A DNA stretch of 64,000 bases from Smithellaceae bacterium (GTDB lineage Bacteria; Desulfobacterota; Syntrophia; Syntrophales; Smithellaceae): NCBI GenBank assembly GCA_963667845.2, contig CAXXVL010000002.1:928001-992000 (forward strand). The letters are read 5' to 3'. This document shows positions 20,256 to 32,785 of this stretch, one piece after another. Every line of letters starts with the position of its first letter. Within the stretch, counting starts at the first letter, position 1. The notes beneath the pieces were generated by a model, which was not told the origin of the DNA, searched no databases, and saw nothing but the letters and a program-made list of their open reading frames with translations. The position numbers were made by a program, and so were the translations under genes.

Positions 20256-23200
20256 ATGGGAAAACGTGATGACATTAAGAAAGTGCTCATAATCGGTTCT
20301 GGTCCGATCGTGATCGGCCAGGCCTGTGAATTTGACTATTCGGGAACGCAGGCTTGCAAGGCGTTGCGGAAGCTTGGCTACCAAATTGTCCTGGTGAATT
20401 CCAACCCCGCCACCATCATGACCGATCCGGGAATGGCCGATGTCACCTATATCGAACCCCTCAATGCTCAGACGATAACTGAAATCATCGAAAATGAAAA
20501 GCCCGATGCCATTCTGCCCAATCTCGGTGGTCAGACAGGTTTGAACCTGACGTCGGAATTATACAAACTGGGTGTCTTGCAGAAACATAATGTAAAGGTC
20601 ATCGGTGTTCAGGTTGACGCGATCGAACGAGGCGAAGACCGGATCGCTTTTAAAGAAGCCATGCAAAAACTCGGCATCGATATGCCCAAGAGTGAACCGG
20701 CTGTCACCGTAGAAGAAGCGGAAAAGATCGCAGCCCAGCTCGGTTATCCGGTGGTCATTCGTCCGGCCTACACGATGGGGGGCACGGGCGGCGGCATTGT
20801 GTATAATCTGGAAGAGCTGCGCGTCATTGCCAGCCGCGGCATCTCCGCAAGCCTTATCGGTCAGATCCTCATTGAAGAATCAGTCATCGGCTGGGAAGAG
20901 CTCGAACTGGAAGTTGTCCGCGACGCCAAGAACCAGATGATCACGGTCTGCTTCATCGAAAATGTTGATGCCATGGGCGTGCACACAGGTGATTCCTATT
21001 GTACTGCGCCGATGCTGACCATTTCCAAGGAACTGCAAGAGCGCCTGCAGAAATATTCTTACGACATCGTCGAAGCCATTCAGGTGATCGGTGGAACCAA
21101 TGTCCAATTTGCCCATGATCCGAAGACCGACCGCGTCGTCGTGATCGAAATCAATCCGCGCACGTCGCGTTCATCGGCGCTAGCTTCCAAGGCCACCGGT
21201 TTTCCCATTGCCCTCATCTCATCAACGCTGGCTTCGGGCATCACCATGAACGAAATTCCTTATTGGCGAGACGGATCGCTCGAAAAGTACACACCCTCCG
21301 GCGATTACGTGGTTGTGAAATTCTCCCGCTGGGATTTTGAAAAATTCCCCGGCGCAGTCGATAAGCTGGGCACGCAGATGCGCGCCGTCGGCGAAGTCAT
21401 GAGCATTGGCAAGAATTACAAGGAAGCCTTCCAGAAATCGATCCGGTCCCTGGAGAAGAAGCGCTATGGCCTGGGCTTTGTGAAAGATTTTAACTCGAAA
21501 TCACTGGATGAACTCATGGAGCTGCTCAGCGAACCATCGAGCGAAAGACAATTCATCATGTATGAAGCCCTGCGGAAGGGCGCAACGGTGGACGACCTGC
21601 ACGCGAAAACCTTCATCAAGAAATGGTTTATTGAGCAGATGAAGGAACTGGTGCAGCTCGAAGAAAAAGTTCTTACGTACAAGGGAAAAAAACTGCCGGA
21701 CGACCTGCTCATCCGCGCCAAGAAAGATGGCTTCTCCGATCGTTACCTTGCCCAGATTCTGAATAAGAAGGAAGAAGACATCCGCAAACAGCGACTGGCC
21801 GCCGGGCTTTGTGAGGCCTGGGATGCCGTGCCGGTAAGCGGTGTCGAAAACGCTGCCTATTATTATTCTACCTACAACGCACCCGACAAAGTCAGTACGA
21901 CCAAAAACCGCAAGATTATGGTGTTGGGCGGCGGGCCGAACCGCATCGGCCAGGGGATCGAATTTGACTACTGCTGCGTACATGCCGCGTTTGCCCTCCG
22001 CGATGAAGGCATCGAGTCGATTATGGTCAATTGCAACCCGGAAACGGTTTCCACGGATTACGATACATCCAATAAACTGTACTTCGAACCGCTGACCGTG
22101 GAAGACGTCTTGAGCATCTATGAAAAAGAAAAACCGGAAGGTGTGATCGTCCAATTCGGCGGGCAGACCCCGCTCAACATCGCGGCGGATCTGGCGAAAG
22201 CAGGCGTTAAAATTATCGGCACTTCAACAGAAACCATCGATCTGGCTGAAGACCGCGACCGTTTCCGCAAGATGATGGATAAGCTCGGCATTCCCATGCC
22301 CAAGTCCGGTATGGCGAGCAATATGGAGCAGGCGCTCAAAATCGCGGCCGGCATCGGCTATCCGCTGATGGTGCGGCCATCTTACGTGCTGGGTGGGCGG
22401 GGTATGGAAGTCGTCCACGATGAAGAGATGCTCAGGCGCTATGTCAATGCGGCAGTCGACGTGACGCCGGAGCGACCGATCCTGATCGACAAATTTCTGG
22501 AAAACGCCATTGAAGCCGAGGCCGATGCCATTTCCGACGGCACGGATGCTTTTGTCCCGGCCGTGATGGAACACATCGAACTGGCCGGCGTCCATTCCGG
22601 CGATTCCGCCTGCGTGATTCCGCCCATCAGCATCTCGGCGCGTCACATCGATACCATCAATGAATACACGAAAAAAATTGCCGTGGAATTCGGCGTTGTC
22701 GGCTTGATGAATATCCAATACGCCATCGCCAATAATGTCGTCTACATCCTGGAAGCCAATCCCCGCGCCTCACGCACGGTGCCGCTTGTTTCCAAGGTCT
22801 GCAATATCTCCATGGCCAGACTCGCGACGCAGGTGATGCTGGGAAAGAAGCTCAAGGATCTGAATCTGAAACACGGCAGCTTCCGCCACTTTGGCGTCAA
22901 AGAAGCCGTATTCCCCTTCAATATGTATCAGGAAGTCGATCCGATTCTGGGCCCGGAAATGCGGTCCACGGGTGAGGTCCTGGGGCTTGCCGATTCTTTC
23001 GGTTTGGCCTATTACAAGGCTCAGGAAGCCACCGGTCAGAGCCTGCCCGCGGAGGGCACGGTGCTCATCACGGTCGAAGAAAAGGATAAAGATGGTATTC
23101 TGGAAGTCGCCCGTGCTTTCGCCAAAATCGGGTTTAAGATCAAAGCATCGAACGGCACCTATAAATTCTTTGCCGATCACGGAATTCCGTCGGAAAGGAT

Positions 23201-23456
23201 TTTAAAGATGCATGAAGGCCGTCCCAACATCGTCGATGCCATCAAAAACGGCGAGATCCAGCTGGTGATCAATACGCCGGCGGGGCGCCTCAGCAAGTAT
23301 GATGATTCCTACATCCGCAAGGCGGCCATCAAATACAAGATTCCCTATATCACGACCGTCGCCGCCGCAGTTGCCGCCGTTAAAGGAATTGCCGCCTTCC
23401 GCCAGGGCCACGGCCGCGCGAAATCGCTGCAGAGCTACCACGCGGAGATTAAGTAG
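20256..23456 (+). CDS. carB: Carbamoyl-phosphate synthase large subunit
   Basis: IGSGPIVIGQACEFDYSGTQA, EINPRTSRSSALASKATG, GPNRIGQGIEFDYCC, MGS domain; 1066 aa. Confidence 0.98.
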   Translation: MGKRDDIKKVLIIGSGPIVIGQACEFDYSGTQACKALRKLGYQIVLVNSNPATIMTDPGMADVTYIEPLNAQTITEIIENEKPDAILPNLGGQTGLNLTSELYKLGVLQKHNVKVIGVQVDAIERGEDRIAFKEAMQKLGIDMPKSEPAVTVEEAEKIAAQLGYPVVIRPAYTMGGTGGGIVYNLEELRVIASRGISASLIGQILIEESVIGWEELELEVVRDAKNQMITVCFIENVDAMGVHTGDSYCTAPMLTISKELQERLQKYSYDIVEAIQVIGGTNVQFAHDPKTDRVVVIEINPRTSRSSALASKATGFPIALISSTLASGITMNEIPYWRDGSLEKYTPSGDYVVVKFSRWDFEKFPGAVDKLGTQMRAVGEVMSIGKNYKEAFQKSIRSLEKKRYGLGFVKDFNSKSLDELMELLSEPSSERQFIMYEALRKGATVDDLHAKTFIKKWFIEQMKELVQLEEKVLTYKGKKLPDDLLIRAKKDGFSDRYLAQILNKKEEDIRKQRLAAGLCEAWDAVPVSGVENAAYYYSTYNAPDKVSTTKNRKIMVLGGGPNRIGQGIEFDYCCVHAAFALRDEGIESIMVNCNPETVSTDYDTSNKLYFEPLTVEDVLSIYEKEKPEGVIVQFGGQTPLNIAADLAKAGVKIIGTSTETIDLAEDRDRFRKMMDKLGIPMPKSGMASNMEQALKIAAGIGYPLMVRPSYVLGGRGMEVVHDEEMLRRYVNAAVDVTPERPILIDKFLENAIEAEADAISDGTDAFVPAVMEHIELAGVHSGDSACVIPPISISARHIDTINEYTKKIAVEFGVVGLMNIQYAIANNVVYILEANPRASRTVPLVSKVCNISMARLATQVMLGKKLKDLNLKHGSFRHFGVKEAVFPFNMYQEVDPILGPEMRSTGEVLGLADSFGLAYYKAQEATGQSLPAEGTVLITVEEKDKDGILEVARAFAKIGFKIKASNGTYKFFADHGIPSERILKMHEGRPNIVDAIKNGEIQLVINTPAGRLSKYDDSYIRKAAIKYKIPYITTVAAAVAAVKGIAAFRQGHGRAKSLQSYHAEIK

Positions 23457-23460
23457 AGAC

Positions 23461-23548
23461 CAGGTTCAAGGAACAAGGTAAAAGGAACAAGGTTAAAAAT
23501 TTCTAGGGAACGGTTCTTGACCACTCAAGACGGCAAGACAGCTCCCTT
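23461..23548. repeat. Heptamer tandem repeats followed by a degenerate REP-like palindrome
   Basis: CAAGGAA CAAGGTA AAAGGAA CAAGGTT, then TAGGGAACGGTTCTTG...CAAGACAGCTCCCT, similar to the elements at 44617 and 54104. Confidence 0.5.
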
Positions 23549-23875
23549 TTATTTTTCCAGAAATTCTAATTCCTGCAGAATGTCTCTGACGCGTTCAACC
23601 TGATCGGCTTGAACCAGCAGGCGGGCGTAAGACCCGCCTCCAACCATTAAATTGGTGTTCTCACCCTGAAAATAATAGTGGATGCCTTCACCGTCGAGAA
23701 TGGATTTGATCACGGCAATATCGCCGGGGTTATATGTCGAGAAAACTTCTACCATCTCGACGTAACGGACATCATCTTCAGTATCCGGCGGTTGGCCTGC
23801 AATTAAATCTATCCCGCAATCGGCGCAACGCGTAAATCCTTCTCGGTATTCAGCTCCGCATTGTGGACAAAACAT
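23549..23875 (-). CDS. Zinc-ribbon plus DUF2007 domain protein
   Basis: MFCPQCGAEYREGFTRCADC, then IKSILDGEGI.Y...GE; RBS AAGGA upstream of 23875. Confidence 0.85.
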   Translation of the reverse strand: MFCPQCGAEYREGFTRCADCGIDLIAGQPPDTEDDVRYVEMVEVFSTYNPGDIAVIKSILDGEGIHYYFQGENTNLMVGGGSYARLLVQADQVERVRDILQELEFLEK

Positions 23876-23886
23876 TTGCGTCCTTT

Positions 23887-25410
23887 TCAGTCCTTGTAAC
23901 CGGGCGGTGGTGTGAATCCGCCCAGAACTTTTTCCATTCTTATCGCCAGGTCGAGTGGCGTGCCGTCTTCCATGTATGGTCCCATAATCTGGACGCCTAC
24001 CGGCAAATTTGTTTTCGTCTGTCCAACAGGAATAACTGTAACCGGACAACCGGCAAGTGTGGCAATAGATATCCATTTAAAAGTCTCCGCATAATATCTC
24101 GGGCCATCCGGCGCTTCGATGATGCGTCCCCACATATTGCTGTCATGACTGTGAGGAAAGGCCGCCACACAATTGGCCGGCATAATAAAGGCATCGTACT
24201 GCTTAAAATATTCCTGCCACGCCAGCCTGCCAGCGAGGCGCGCTATGCTCAGGAAAGACCAATTTTTATGGGATAATGTCAGCCCCTCCACGTAACTCTT
24301 CTCATAAGCTCCATAAGGCGTGTCGAAGAAGGTCTTCAGCCTGTTAATAACCGCCTCAGTAAAAATTGGCGATGCCGAAAAGGATGCAGCCAGTAACTGG
24401 AAATAGATGTCAAATATTTCATCCGGTTTGATTCCTGCAGGCCATCCCTCTTTTACTTTCACGCCTTCTTTGCGCAGGGTCTCCACTGTACTGGATATAA
24501 TGGCAGTAATTTCAGGACTGACCGGGCAGAAAGGGTCATCGGTTACATAACCGATCTTGTAATCTTTGAGTTTTACCTTACGGGCTTTGGGCAGAGCCCA
24601 GCGGTAAGCAATAGCTTCATCAGGAGCCGGTCCGGCAATAATCTCCAGCGCCAGTTTTAAATCCTGTGCGCTGCGCGAAAGAGGTCCGACCACAGCGAGA
24701 TCATTCAGTCCGATCCGGTTCATGGATGGCGGAATCAAACTCGGCAGAGGGGGTATCATCCCCTGAATGGGCACGATATTAAGGGACGGCTTATGTCCGT
24801 ATACACCACAGAAATTACTGGGCGTGCGGATCGATCCGGCCAGATCCGCCCCCAGTTCGAGAAAGCCGAATCCCGTAGCCAGCGCAGCGGCTCCTCCTCC
24901 GGTCGATCCTCCCGAGGTTTTAGTTACATCCCAGGGGTTATTGGTCGTTCCGGCAACTTTGTTGTAAGTTTGGATATCACCGCCGCCGACCGGCAAATTT
25001 GTTTTACCGACAATGATGGCGCCGGCATGGAGCAGCCTATCGACCGTTACGGCATTTTCTTTGGGTATGTAATCGGCAAGTTCTGTAAAGCCGCAGGTTG
25101 TCCTCAATCCTGTTGTCAGGAATTGATCTTTGATGAGAATCGGCAGGCCGTGAAGCGGTCCCCAGGTTTTTCCGGAAGCCAGGTCGCTGTCCGCCTTGCG
25201 GGCTCGCTTCAGTGCCTGTTCTTCATTGAGCGTCACAAAGGCGTTAATTTTTCCATTGTGTTTTTTAATGCGGCCGAAGACGTGCTTTGTCAGTTCCCTC
25301 GACGAGATGACGCCGGCTTTGATGGCTTTGACGGCCTCAATGGCCGTGCCGAAATCAGGATCAAACTTGCTGCGGGGTGATGCTTTGGAAGAAGAAATCT
25401 TGCTTTTCAT
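23887..25410 (-). CDS. Amidase-signature family enzyme
   Basis: GPLHGLPILIKD, GKTN, NPWD...GGSTGG, GADLAGSIRTPS.FCGVYGHKP. Confidence 0.93.
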   Translation of the reverse strand: MKSKISSSKASPRSKFDPDFGTAIEAVKAIKAGVISSRELTKHVFGRIKKHNGKINAFVTLNEEQALKRARKADSDLASGKTWGPLHGLPILIKDQFLTTGLRTTCGFTELADYIPKENAVTVDRLLHAGAIIVGKTNLPVGGGDIQTYNKVAGTTNNPWDVTKTSGGSTGGGAAALATGFGFLELGADLAGSIRTPSNFCGVYGHKPSLNIVPIQGMIPPLPSLIPPSMNRIGLNDLAVVGPLSRSAQDLKLALEIIAGPAPDEAIAYRWALPKARKVKLKDYKIGYVTDDPFCPVSPEITAIISSTVETLRKEGVKVKEGWPAGIKPDEIFDIYFQLLAASFSASPIFTEAVINRLKTFFDTPYGAYEKSYVEGLTLSHKNWSFLSIARLAGRLAWQEYFKQYDAFIMPANCVAAFPHSHDSNMWGRIIEAPDGPRYYAETFKWISIATLAGCPVTVIPVGQTKTNLPVGVQIMGPYMEDGTPLDLAIRMEKVLGGFTPPPGYKD

Positions 25411-25815
25411 TCAAAACTCCTCTCAATGGAATGTGTTGGATTATGACATTATTTAGACAACATTTCTACTGAATTTATTATTTGCGACATTGCGTCCTTC
25501 CCGCGAATAACATAATGACCTGAAGGTCACGCGTTACCTGAAGGCCACCGCCTGAAGATGGCACTGCGCGAGGTTACGAGTGCGGGAAATCAGAATTATT
25601 TTAACTGGACCCCGCCTGCGCTATAGTGATAGCGGTCATTGCAACGTGACAAATGTTGTTAGCATTTTGGGGACTGTTAGTAACATCCCCGCCCTTGGCG
25701 ACGGAGATAAACCGAAGGATAGCACAGTGAGGGGAAGGAGAATAAAAGATAAAAGTTTTTGAAAAACATTTATCTGTGCTATACAAGGGCCAACTTAAAG
25801 AATTAGGAATAAATC

Positions 25816-26121
25816 ATGGAACCACTTAAAGGCTTTCAACGAAAGTATCTGCGCGGAGAGGCGCATCATTTAAAACCCCTCGTCATCATCGGCGCCAAAG
25901 GTGTCACCGAGCAACTGCTCGGCTCGGTCGATCACGCTCTGAAAGACCACGAACTCATCAAGGTAAAATTCTACGAATTCAAGGATGCCAAAAAGGAAAT
26001 TTCGGCCCAAATTGCCACCGCTACAAAAAGCGAACTCGTCGGCCTCATCGGCAACATCGCCATTTTCTACCGTCCCTGTCCACAGACGGAAAAAAGAAAG
26101 ATTAAGTTACCCAAGATTTAG
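25816..26121 (+). CDS. yhbY: CRS1/YhbY RNA-binding protein
   Basis: QRKYLRGEAHHLKP.V.IG..GVT, HELIKVKF. Confidence 0.9.
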   Translation: MEPLKGFQRKYLRGEAHHLKPLVIIGAKGVTEQLLGSVDHALKDHELIKVKFYEFKDAKKEISAQIATATKSELVGLIGNIAIFYRPCPQTEKRKIKLPKI

Positions 26122-26182
26122 TCCTTGCGTCGAGGTCATTAAGCCAAACGCTGCTGCAATCTCTTAAAAGCCTACAGCCTAT

Positions 26183-27868
<1,686 letters not shown>

Positions 27869-27900
27869 GTAACGTTGATCCTTTCGGCAATACGCTGACC

Positions 27901-28566
27901 CTAAATATAGGGGAATATATTTTGAATAATGATGTTAAAATTGTCCTGAATCTTGTCGTGATCTTCGATGATGCCCATGTGGCCCGGGAAAAGGACTTCG
28001 AGTTCCAGATCGGACAGCGTGACGATGCTCTTTTTCAATAAAGAGCCGTTGCCGCCGGGGAAATCCGTCCGTCCGACATTTTGCTGAAACACGACATCGC
28101 CGCAGAAGAGAGCCTTCTTGGAAGGCCAGTAAAGTCCGATGGAGCCGGGCGTATGTCCCGGGATCGAGATGACCTTAAAGATCTGGTCGCCCAGCTCGAG
28201 TTTGCCGTCCTCCAGTTGCATGTTGATCTGCATTTGCGGAACCGTGATGCCGAAAAGCCCGTAAAGCTCTCCTCCGACGCCTTTGAGAAAGTCCATTTCT
28301 TTGCGGTGCAGGGCGATCTTCACTTTTTCCTGATCAAACAGTTCCGAACCCTGAAAGTGATCGGGATGAGAATGTGTGTTGATCACATACTTGATGTCCT
28401 TCTTCTTGATGCCGTCATTGGCCATCTGATTGAGCAAATCGGGAAGGTAGCGCGTCAAGCCGGGGTCGATGAGCGCTTGAACGCCGCCGCCGATATAGTA
28501 GCTGTTGCAGTTGTTATCAAAATAATTTGCCCATTCATAAACATAAATATCATCCTGGTACTTCAT
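27901..28566 (-). CDS. MBL-fold metallo-hydrolase
   Basis: THSHPDH, PGHTPGS, GD.....VGRTD.PGG, FPGH. Confidence 0.9.
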   Translation of the reverse strand: MKYQDDIYVYEWANYFDNNCNSYYIGGGVQALIDPGLTRYLPDLLNQMANDGIKKKDIKYVINTHSHPDHFQGSELFDQEKVKIALHRKEMDFLKGVGGELYGLFGITVPQMQINMQLEDGKLELGDQIFKVISIPGHTPGSIGLYWPSKKALFCGDVVFQQNVGRTDFPGGNGSLLKKSIVTLSDLELEVLFPGHMGIIEDHDKIQDNFNIIIQNIFPYI

Positions 28567-28747
28567 TTCCTACCCTTTCCTATATTTCCTATATTTTATT
28601 TATTTTTTGTCAGAGGATACATCCGTTTTCCGCTCTTTGCCCATGTATCCAACTTCGCGCCACCTCATGCTCTATCCGGGTGATTTGGTGAATCTGTGTC
28701 CACATTATTTTGCCGCTTCCAGCCAAGTACCGGCACTTATTTTTGCT

Positions 28748-29554
28748 TCATCCATGGATTGTCGATCTCAACCAGTGTTGAATATCCTTTGCCGATGCAT
28801 CCCAGTCATTCTCCAGCATGGGCAGATGGGCGAACTGGTTATATTCAATATAATCAGCCTGGAGAAAAACCGCCAGACTCTGCTGCATGGAAGCCGGAGC
28901 AATTACATCTTTCTGGCAGCCGATGACCAGCTTCGGGCACTTCATCCTTGACGGATCAACCGGGAATCCCTGGGCTACCTGGTAGCCGACAAACAATGAT
29001 TCGGCAACGAACATATCAAAAACCGTCTTCCGTTCAGCGGGGGCAATGTTATTGAGAACGGTCTGCTCGGCCATCAAAAAAGTCGGTTTGACCGGCTTCA
29101 TATTTATCATCCCCCACAGAGTTTTCATGATCGTCCCGGAATAGGACAGATCGTGATTCACTTCCAGTGTGATTCCAAACGGGGGCGCGCTGGCGATGGT
29201 GACGAGCGCGCTGATCGACTCGATATTTTCAGCAGTCTTCTGGGCGATTAAGCCACCCAGACTGTGTCCGATGATAGCGCAATTCCGGATATCAAGCCGG
29301 TTGATGACTTGCTCCACATCAGCCAGATAATCTTCCAACATGACCTGTGCCAGGGCCTCTTCCCGGTCCGAGGGAAAATGACCGCGCAGGTTTATCGCAA
29401 AGACCTCCCAACCCTCGCGAGCAAAATAAGGAAGATAATTCTTCCAGTACTGACTTGTTCCACCCGCACCATGAATGAAAAGCAAAGGATAGGATTGTCT
29501 GATTTCTTTTGGCCGGATCGTATCCAGCGCCAGATTTTCAACTCTTATCTTCAA
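28748..29554 (-). CDS. Alpha/beta hydrolase
   Basis: LFIHGAGG, NLRGH, GHSLGG nucleophile elbow, AH.PM.E. Confidence 0.88.
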   Translation of the reverse strand: MKIRVENLALDTIRPKEIRQSYPLLFIHGAGGTSQYWKNYLPYFAREGWEVFAINLRGHFPSDREEALAQVMLEDYLADVEQVINRLDIRNCAIIGHSLGGLIAQKTAENIESISALVTIASAPPFGITLEVNHDLSYSGTIMKTLWGMINMKPVKPTFLMAEQTVLNNIAPAERKTVFDMFVAESLFVGYQVAQGFPVDPSRMKCPKLVIGCQKDVIAPASMQQSLAVFLQADYIEYNQFAHLPMLENDWDASAKDIQHWLRSTIHG

Positions 29555-29594
29555 TAGATAATTATTGCCTTCTTACCGGAATGGGCCGCATCGC

Positions 29595-29819
29595 TTATTC
29601 CTGTCCGGATGATCCCGCCTGAGCCTTGCGCGGGACAAAAATCCAAAGCAGAATGTAGATGACTATTCCTGTTCCGAAACAGAGAACCAGCAAGGTGAAA
29701 AGTAAACGCCATACCCATGACGGGACAGGTGTATGCTCTCCCAAACCGCCGCAAACGCCGCCGATCCAGCGGTCTGTATCGGACTTTGCGAAGTTATGCA
29801 ACCAATCGTTTTGCGTCAT
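29595..29819 (-). CDS. PspC-domain membrane protein
   Basis: KS..DRWIGGVCGGLGE....P..VWR...GTG...YI.LW..VP. Confidence 0.88.
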   Translation of the reverse strand: MTQNDWLHNFAKSDTDRWIGGVCGGLGEHTPVPSWVWRLLFTLLVLCFGTGIVIYILLWIFVPRKAQAGSSGQE

Positions 29820-29870
29820 AGATTCACCTTTCCCCAAAGGTCATTTTTCAAATGCAATGATAATTGAGTG

Positions 29871-29906
29871 GTAGAGAATCACCTGACATCCCGGCAGGTG
29901 ATTCTC
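29871..29906. repeat. GTAG-headed inverted repeat (REP-like)
   Basis: GTA-GAGAATCACCTG-acatcccgg-CAGGTGATTCTC, perfect 12-bp stem. Confidence 0.55.
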
Positions 29907-29908
29907 GT

Positions 29909-30418
29909 TTATTTTTCCTGTAAAACCTTATCCAGCGGCATTTCGGAAGAACTATGGCCGACTTTTATGATATAGCCGTTTTTGTCGATCAGAATGATCA
30001 TGGGCACGCCAACCACATTATAGGTGTTGGCCACGTCGCCGTCCTCATCCAAAAGCGTTCGGTAAGGTAACGAATGGGTCTGAGCAAAGCGCGAGACTTT
30101 TTTTGCAGATTCCATAATGTTGACATAAATCACATTCAGGCCGCGCGAAGCATAAGTTTCATAAACCTTCTTGTAGACGGGAATTTCAGCGCGACATCCC
30201 GGACACCAGGTGGTGCCAAAAAAAATCAGCACCGGCTTGCCGCGCTGGGCGCTCAGACGAAATGTCTTGCCGTTCAGATCTTTCAGGGAGAAATCCGGTG
30301 CCGTCAAATTCTGAGGTTTGAACGGCGCATTGGCTATATACTGGCCCCATGCAAGGGTTGCCGGAATAAAAAAAACTAACAAAAATAAAACTATAGATAC
30401 ACTAATTTTTCTTCTCAT
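29909..30418 (-). CDS. TlpA/ResA-like exported thiol-disulfide oxidoreductase
   Basis: N-terminal TM/signal, APDFSLKDL.G, WCPGC, YNV.GVP...LIDK.G. Confidence 0.9.
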   Translation of the reverse strand: MRRKISVSIVLFLLVFFIPATLAWGQYIANAPFKPQNLTAPDFSLKDLNGKTFRLSAQRGKPVLIFFGTTWCPGCRAEIPVYKKVYETYASRGLNVIYVNIMESAKKVSRFAQTHSLPYRTLLDEDGDVANTYNVVGVPMIILIDKNGYIIKVGHSSSEMPLDKVLQEK

Positions 30419-30430
30419 GAATCCTCTGGA

Positions 30431-31141
30431 CTAAAAAGATAAAGTACCCGCAGTATATAGGAAATATTCAGCTGCGCCAATCAAAATGACGCCAAAGCCT
30501 CTTGTGACTGCCGTCATCCAAGCCCCCGATCGTGGAAGCGATGATATAAATCCGGCAAATGTGCCAACAAGGATCAAAAGCGTTCCCATGCCGAGAGCAA
30601 ATATAAACAAGAGGCCAATCCCCTGCAAAACGTTGGTTTTCAGAGCCACAAAACCGAGCAGCACTCCCAGTGCGGGCGCCGTACAGGGGCCGATGACGAA
30701 ACCGGAAGCCGCCCCCAGAATAAAACTGGAAACAAATCCTTTTTTTCCGCCGGAATATTGCAGCAGCTTTTGCGGAATCGGAATGGATATTTTGAATACA
30801 TCAAGCATGGACAACCCCATGATCAGGCAAATGTTGGCCATAATAAAATAGGTGAGCGGCGTCGTTTGTAACTGACCGAATATTCTTCCGGACAGAGCCG
30901 CCACGGCTCCCAGGGCGGCATAGGTTACCGCCAGACCCAGGACATAAAACAAGGACAGCAGAAATCCGCGCAGCTTTGATGAGGTGCCCTGTGCACCGAT
31001 GATACCGACCGTCACGGGGATCAGCGGGTAAGTGCAGGGGGTGAAACTGATCACCACTCCTCCCAGGTAGGCGGCGACAAAAGCCAGAAGAACGGAGCTG
31101 TTTAAATATATTGATAAATTATTGATGAGGTCTTGAATCAC
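30431..31141 (-). CDS. ccdA: CcdA/DsbD-family transmembrane electron transporter
   Basis: SFTPCTYPLIP and GPCTAP cysteine motifs, LPRSG.WM. Confidence 0.85.
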   Translation of the reverse strand: MIQDLINNLSIYLNSSVLLAFVAAYLGGVVISFTPCTYPLIPVTVGIIGAQGTSSKLRGFLLSLFYVLGLAVTYAALGAVAALSGRIFGQLQTTPLTYFIMANICLIMGLSMLDVFKISIPIPQKLLQYSGGKKGFVSSFILGAASGFVIGPCTAPALGVLLGFVALKTNVLQGIGLLFIFALGMGTLLILVGTFAGFISSLPRSGAWMTAVTRGFGVILIGAAEYFLYTAGTLSF

Positions 31142-31331
31142 TTGTTCTTCCCTTGCATGCTTAGTTTAGCAGAGGATAGGCAAATTACTCTGCCAGCGTC
31201 AAGAAAAATTCTTGACGCACAGGCCATAATCAAACCACAATAAAGCAAATAGTCAATGTTATATTTGAATTCCGACAGGTCTCTACCAGGTAGTTGCATT
31301 TGTGATCTTTCATTCGTACGTTACGATCACG

Positions 31332-32645
31332 TCATTTGATCAATTTAAAAAGAAGATCGTCGACTGCGTCGATAAGACGTTTGAAATTTCCTCCGTAGCT
31401 TCTCGAAGAACCGAAAAGGTTCAACTTCAAGCTGCTAATCTTTTCAGCCGAATCAGTTATCGGCGAAGGCGGCGCTGTCCCGAATTGATTTTCCTGTGCC
31501 AGAAGTATTTTTGCTTCTTCTGTGAAAGGAATGGTCAATTCCCTGATCATGGCTAAATCCTGTCTCAAATGAGACGGATCGGTTGATTCCGGCAGTGACG
31601 ATTCTTTTCGGGGTCGGGCCTGGCTGTGACGGGCAAGACACCAGGTAATTTCATCAATCATGGCCGCCAGCGTTGAACATTCCATTCCCCTCACACCGCG
31701 GCGCCACTGCAAAAGCAGAGGATTCCGCCGCTGCCAGAGATGTTTCTGTTCGCCGGCTGTAATCAAACCGGCGACGGCATCATTGATGTCGTCTAAAATT
31801 CCCTTTAATTGACGGTAATGAGCCGCACTGATCGGGGCTCCGTAGGCCCGATTGCCTGAAGGAAAATGGAAGTCGTCATCAGGGATTAAATATCGCCATA
31901 AGTTGCGAAGGACCAAAGCACCGTTTTGATCTCCGGGTGTATCAAAATGCACGAGCGAAAGGAGTACTTTACCTCTTTGATACCGCCCTTCAACGACCGC
32001 CGGCTCATTCTTCAACCGGTCGGGATCCAAATATATTCCGTAGCGCTCTTCCCATTCCGACCAGCCCGTAATCCGCCCATCACCGACACGAACATCAGCA
32101 CTGTAGGCATCATCGTGCGCTTCATCATATCTGGCAAGAATACGGAGTTGTGTTTTCGCGCCGATATGAAATTGAAGCGGCCACCAGGCATGAAAAGAGG
32201 ACGTCCGGATGCTGCTCCAGATGGCATGGTCGGCCAGGGACAAGCGGATCGGCCCGCTGAAACTGGGAACTCTATCCTTCGTCGGCACTCTGTGAACGTG
32301 GAGCAGGGCAAGACCACTTTGGGTCGCCATCCCTGCACCTCCGCAGATTCCAAGGTAACTTCCGCCTTTGGCCACGAAACTGCGAATCTCGGACTGTCCC
32401 TTCTCTCCCAGGGCATGAAGCTTGGCGGATGCCCATCCTCCGGGAACAAAAAGCATTGCGTAGCGGGATAGTTTTCCTGCCCGAATATCGTGAGACCGGA
32501 TCAGGTCGAAAGGCAGTCCTCCCTCCAGGAGCGCCTGCCGGGCCATCAGCCCCCAAAGGAAGGATTCATCCCAGAGAAAGGCACAGGGTATTTCCTGCAA
32601 TGTTTTGTGTTCTGCGGATCTAATGGACATGCGATCTCGTTTCAT
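31332..32645 (-). CDS. BPL-N / class I glutamine-amidotransferase-like domain protein
   Basis: LFVPGGWA..K...LG..G...IR.FV..GG.YLGICGGA. Confidence 0.7.
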   Translation of the reverse strand: MKRDRMSIRSAEHKTLQEIPCAFLWDESFLWGLMARQALLEGGLPFDLIRSHDIRAGKLSRYAMLFVPGGWASAKLHALGEKGQSEIRSFVAKGGSYLGICGGAGMATQSGLALLHVHRVPTKDRVPSFSGPIRLSLADHAIWSSIRTSSFHAWWPLQFHIGAKTQLRILARYDEAHDDAYSADVRVGDGRITGWSEWEERYGIYLDPDRLKNEPAVVEGRYQRGKVLLSLVHFDTPGDQNGALVLRNLWRYLIPDDDFHFPSGNRAYGAPISAAHYRQLKGILDDINDAVAGLITAGEQKHLWQRRNPLLLQWRRGVRGMECSTLAAMIDEITWCLARHSQARPRKESSLPESTDPSHLRQDLAMIRELTIPFTEEAKILLAQENQFGTAPPSPITDSAEKISSLKLNLFGSSRSYGGNFKRLIDAVDDLLFKLIK

Positions 32646-32785
32646 TATTTTTCGGCTGATGACATAAACAAACTATAACGGATTTTAAACGCTTGGCCAA
32701 CCGAAAATAAATCCTCCCAACGAACTACTATACGTTATGGATGTGTCCATTTGCTTGGCGACAGTAGGTCAATATTGTAACTATA

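Noticed and set aside
20256..23456. carB without adjacent carA as a novelty
   Set aside because: Split carA/carB loci are common; not informative from this window alone.
25516..25564. CCTGAAG triple repeat as a mini-CRISPR
   Set aside because: Units are about 13 bp with 2-5 bp gaps and no cas genes; more likely REP remnants.
31225..31300. Purine riboswitch (ATAAT...TCTCTACC)
   Set aside because: The flanking P2/P3 stems and the CCGTAAA loop are absent.
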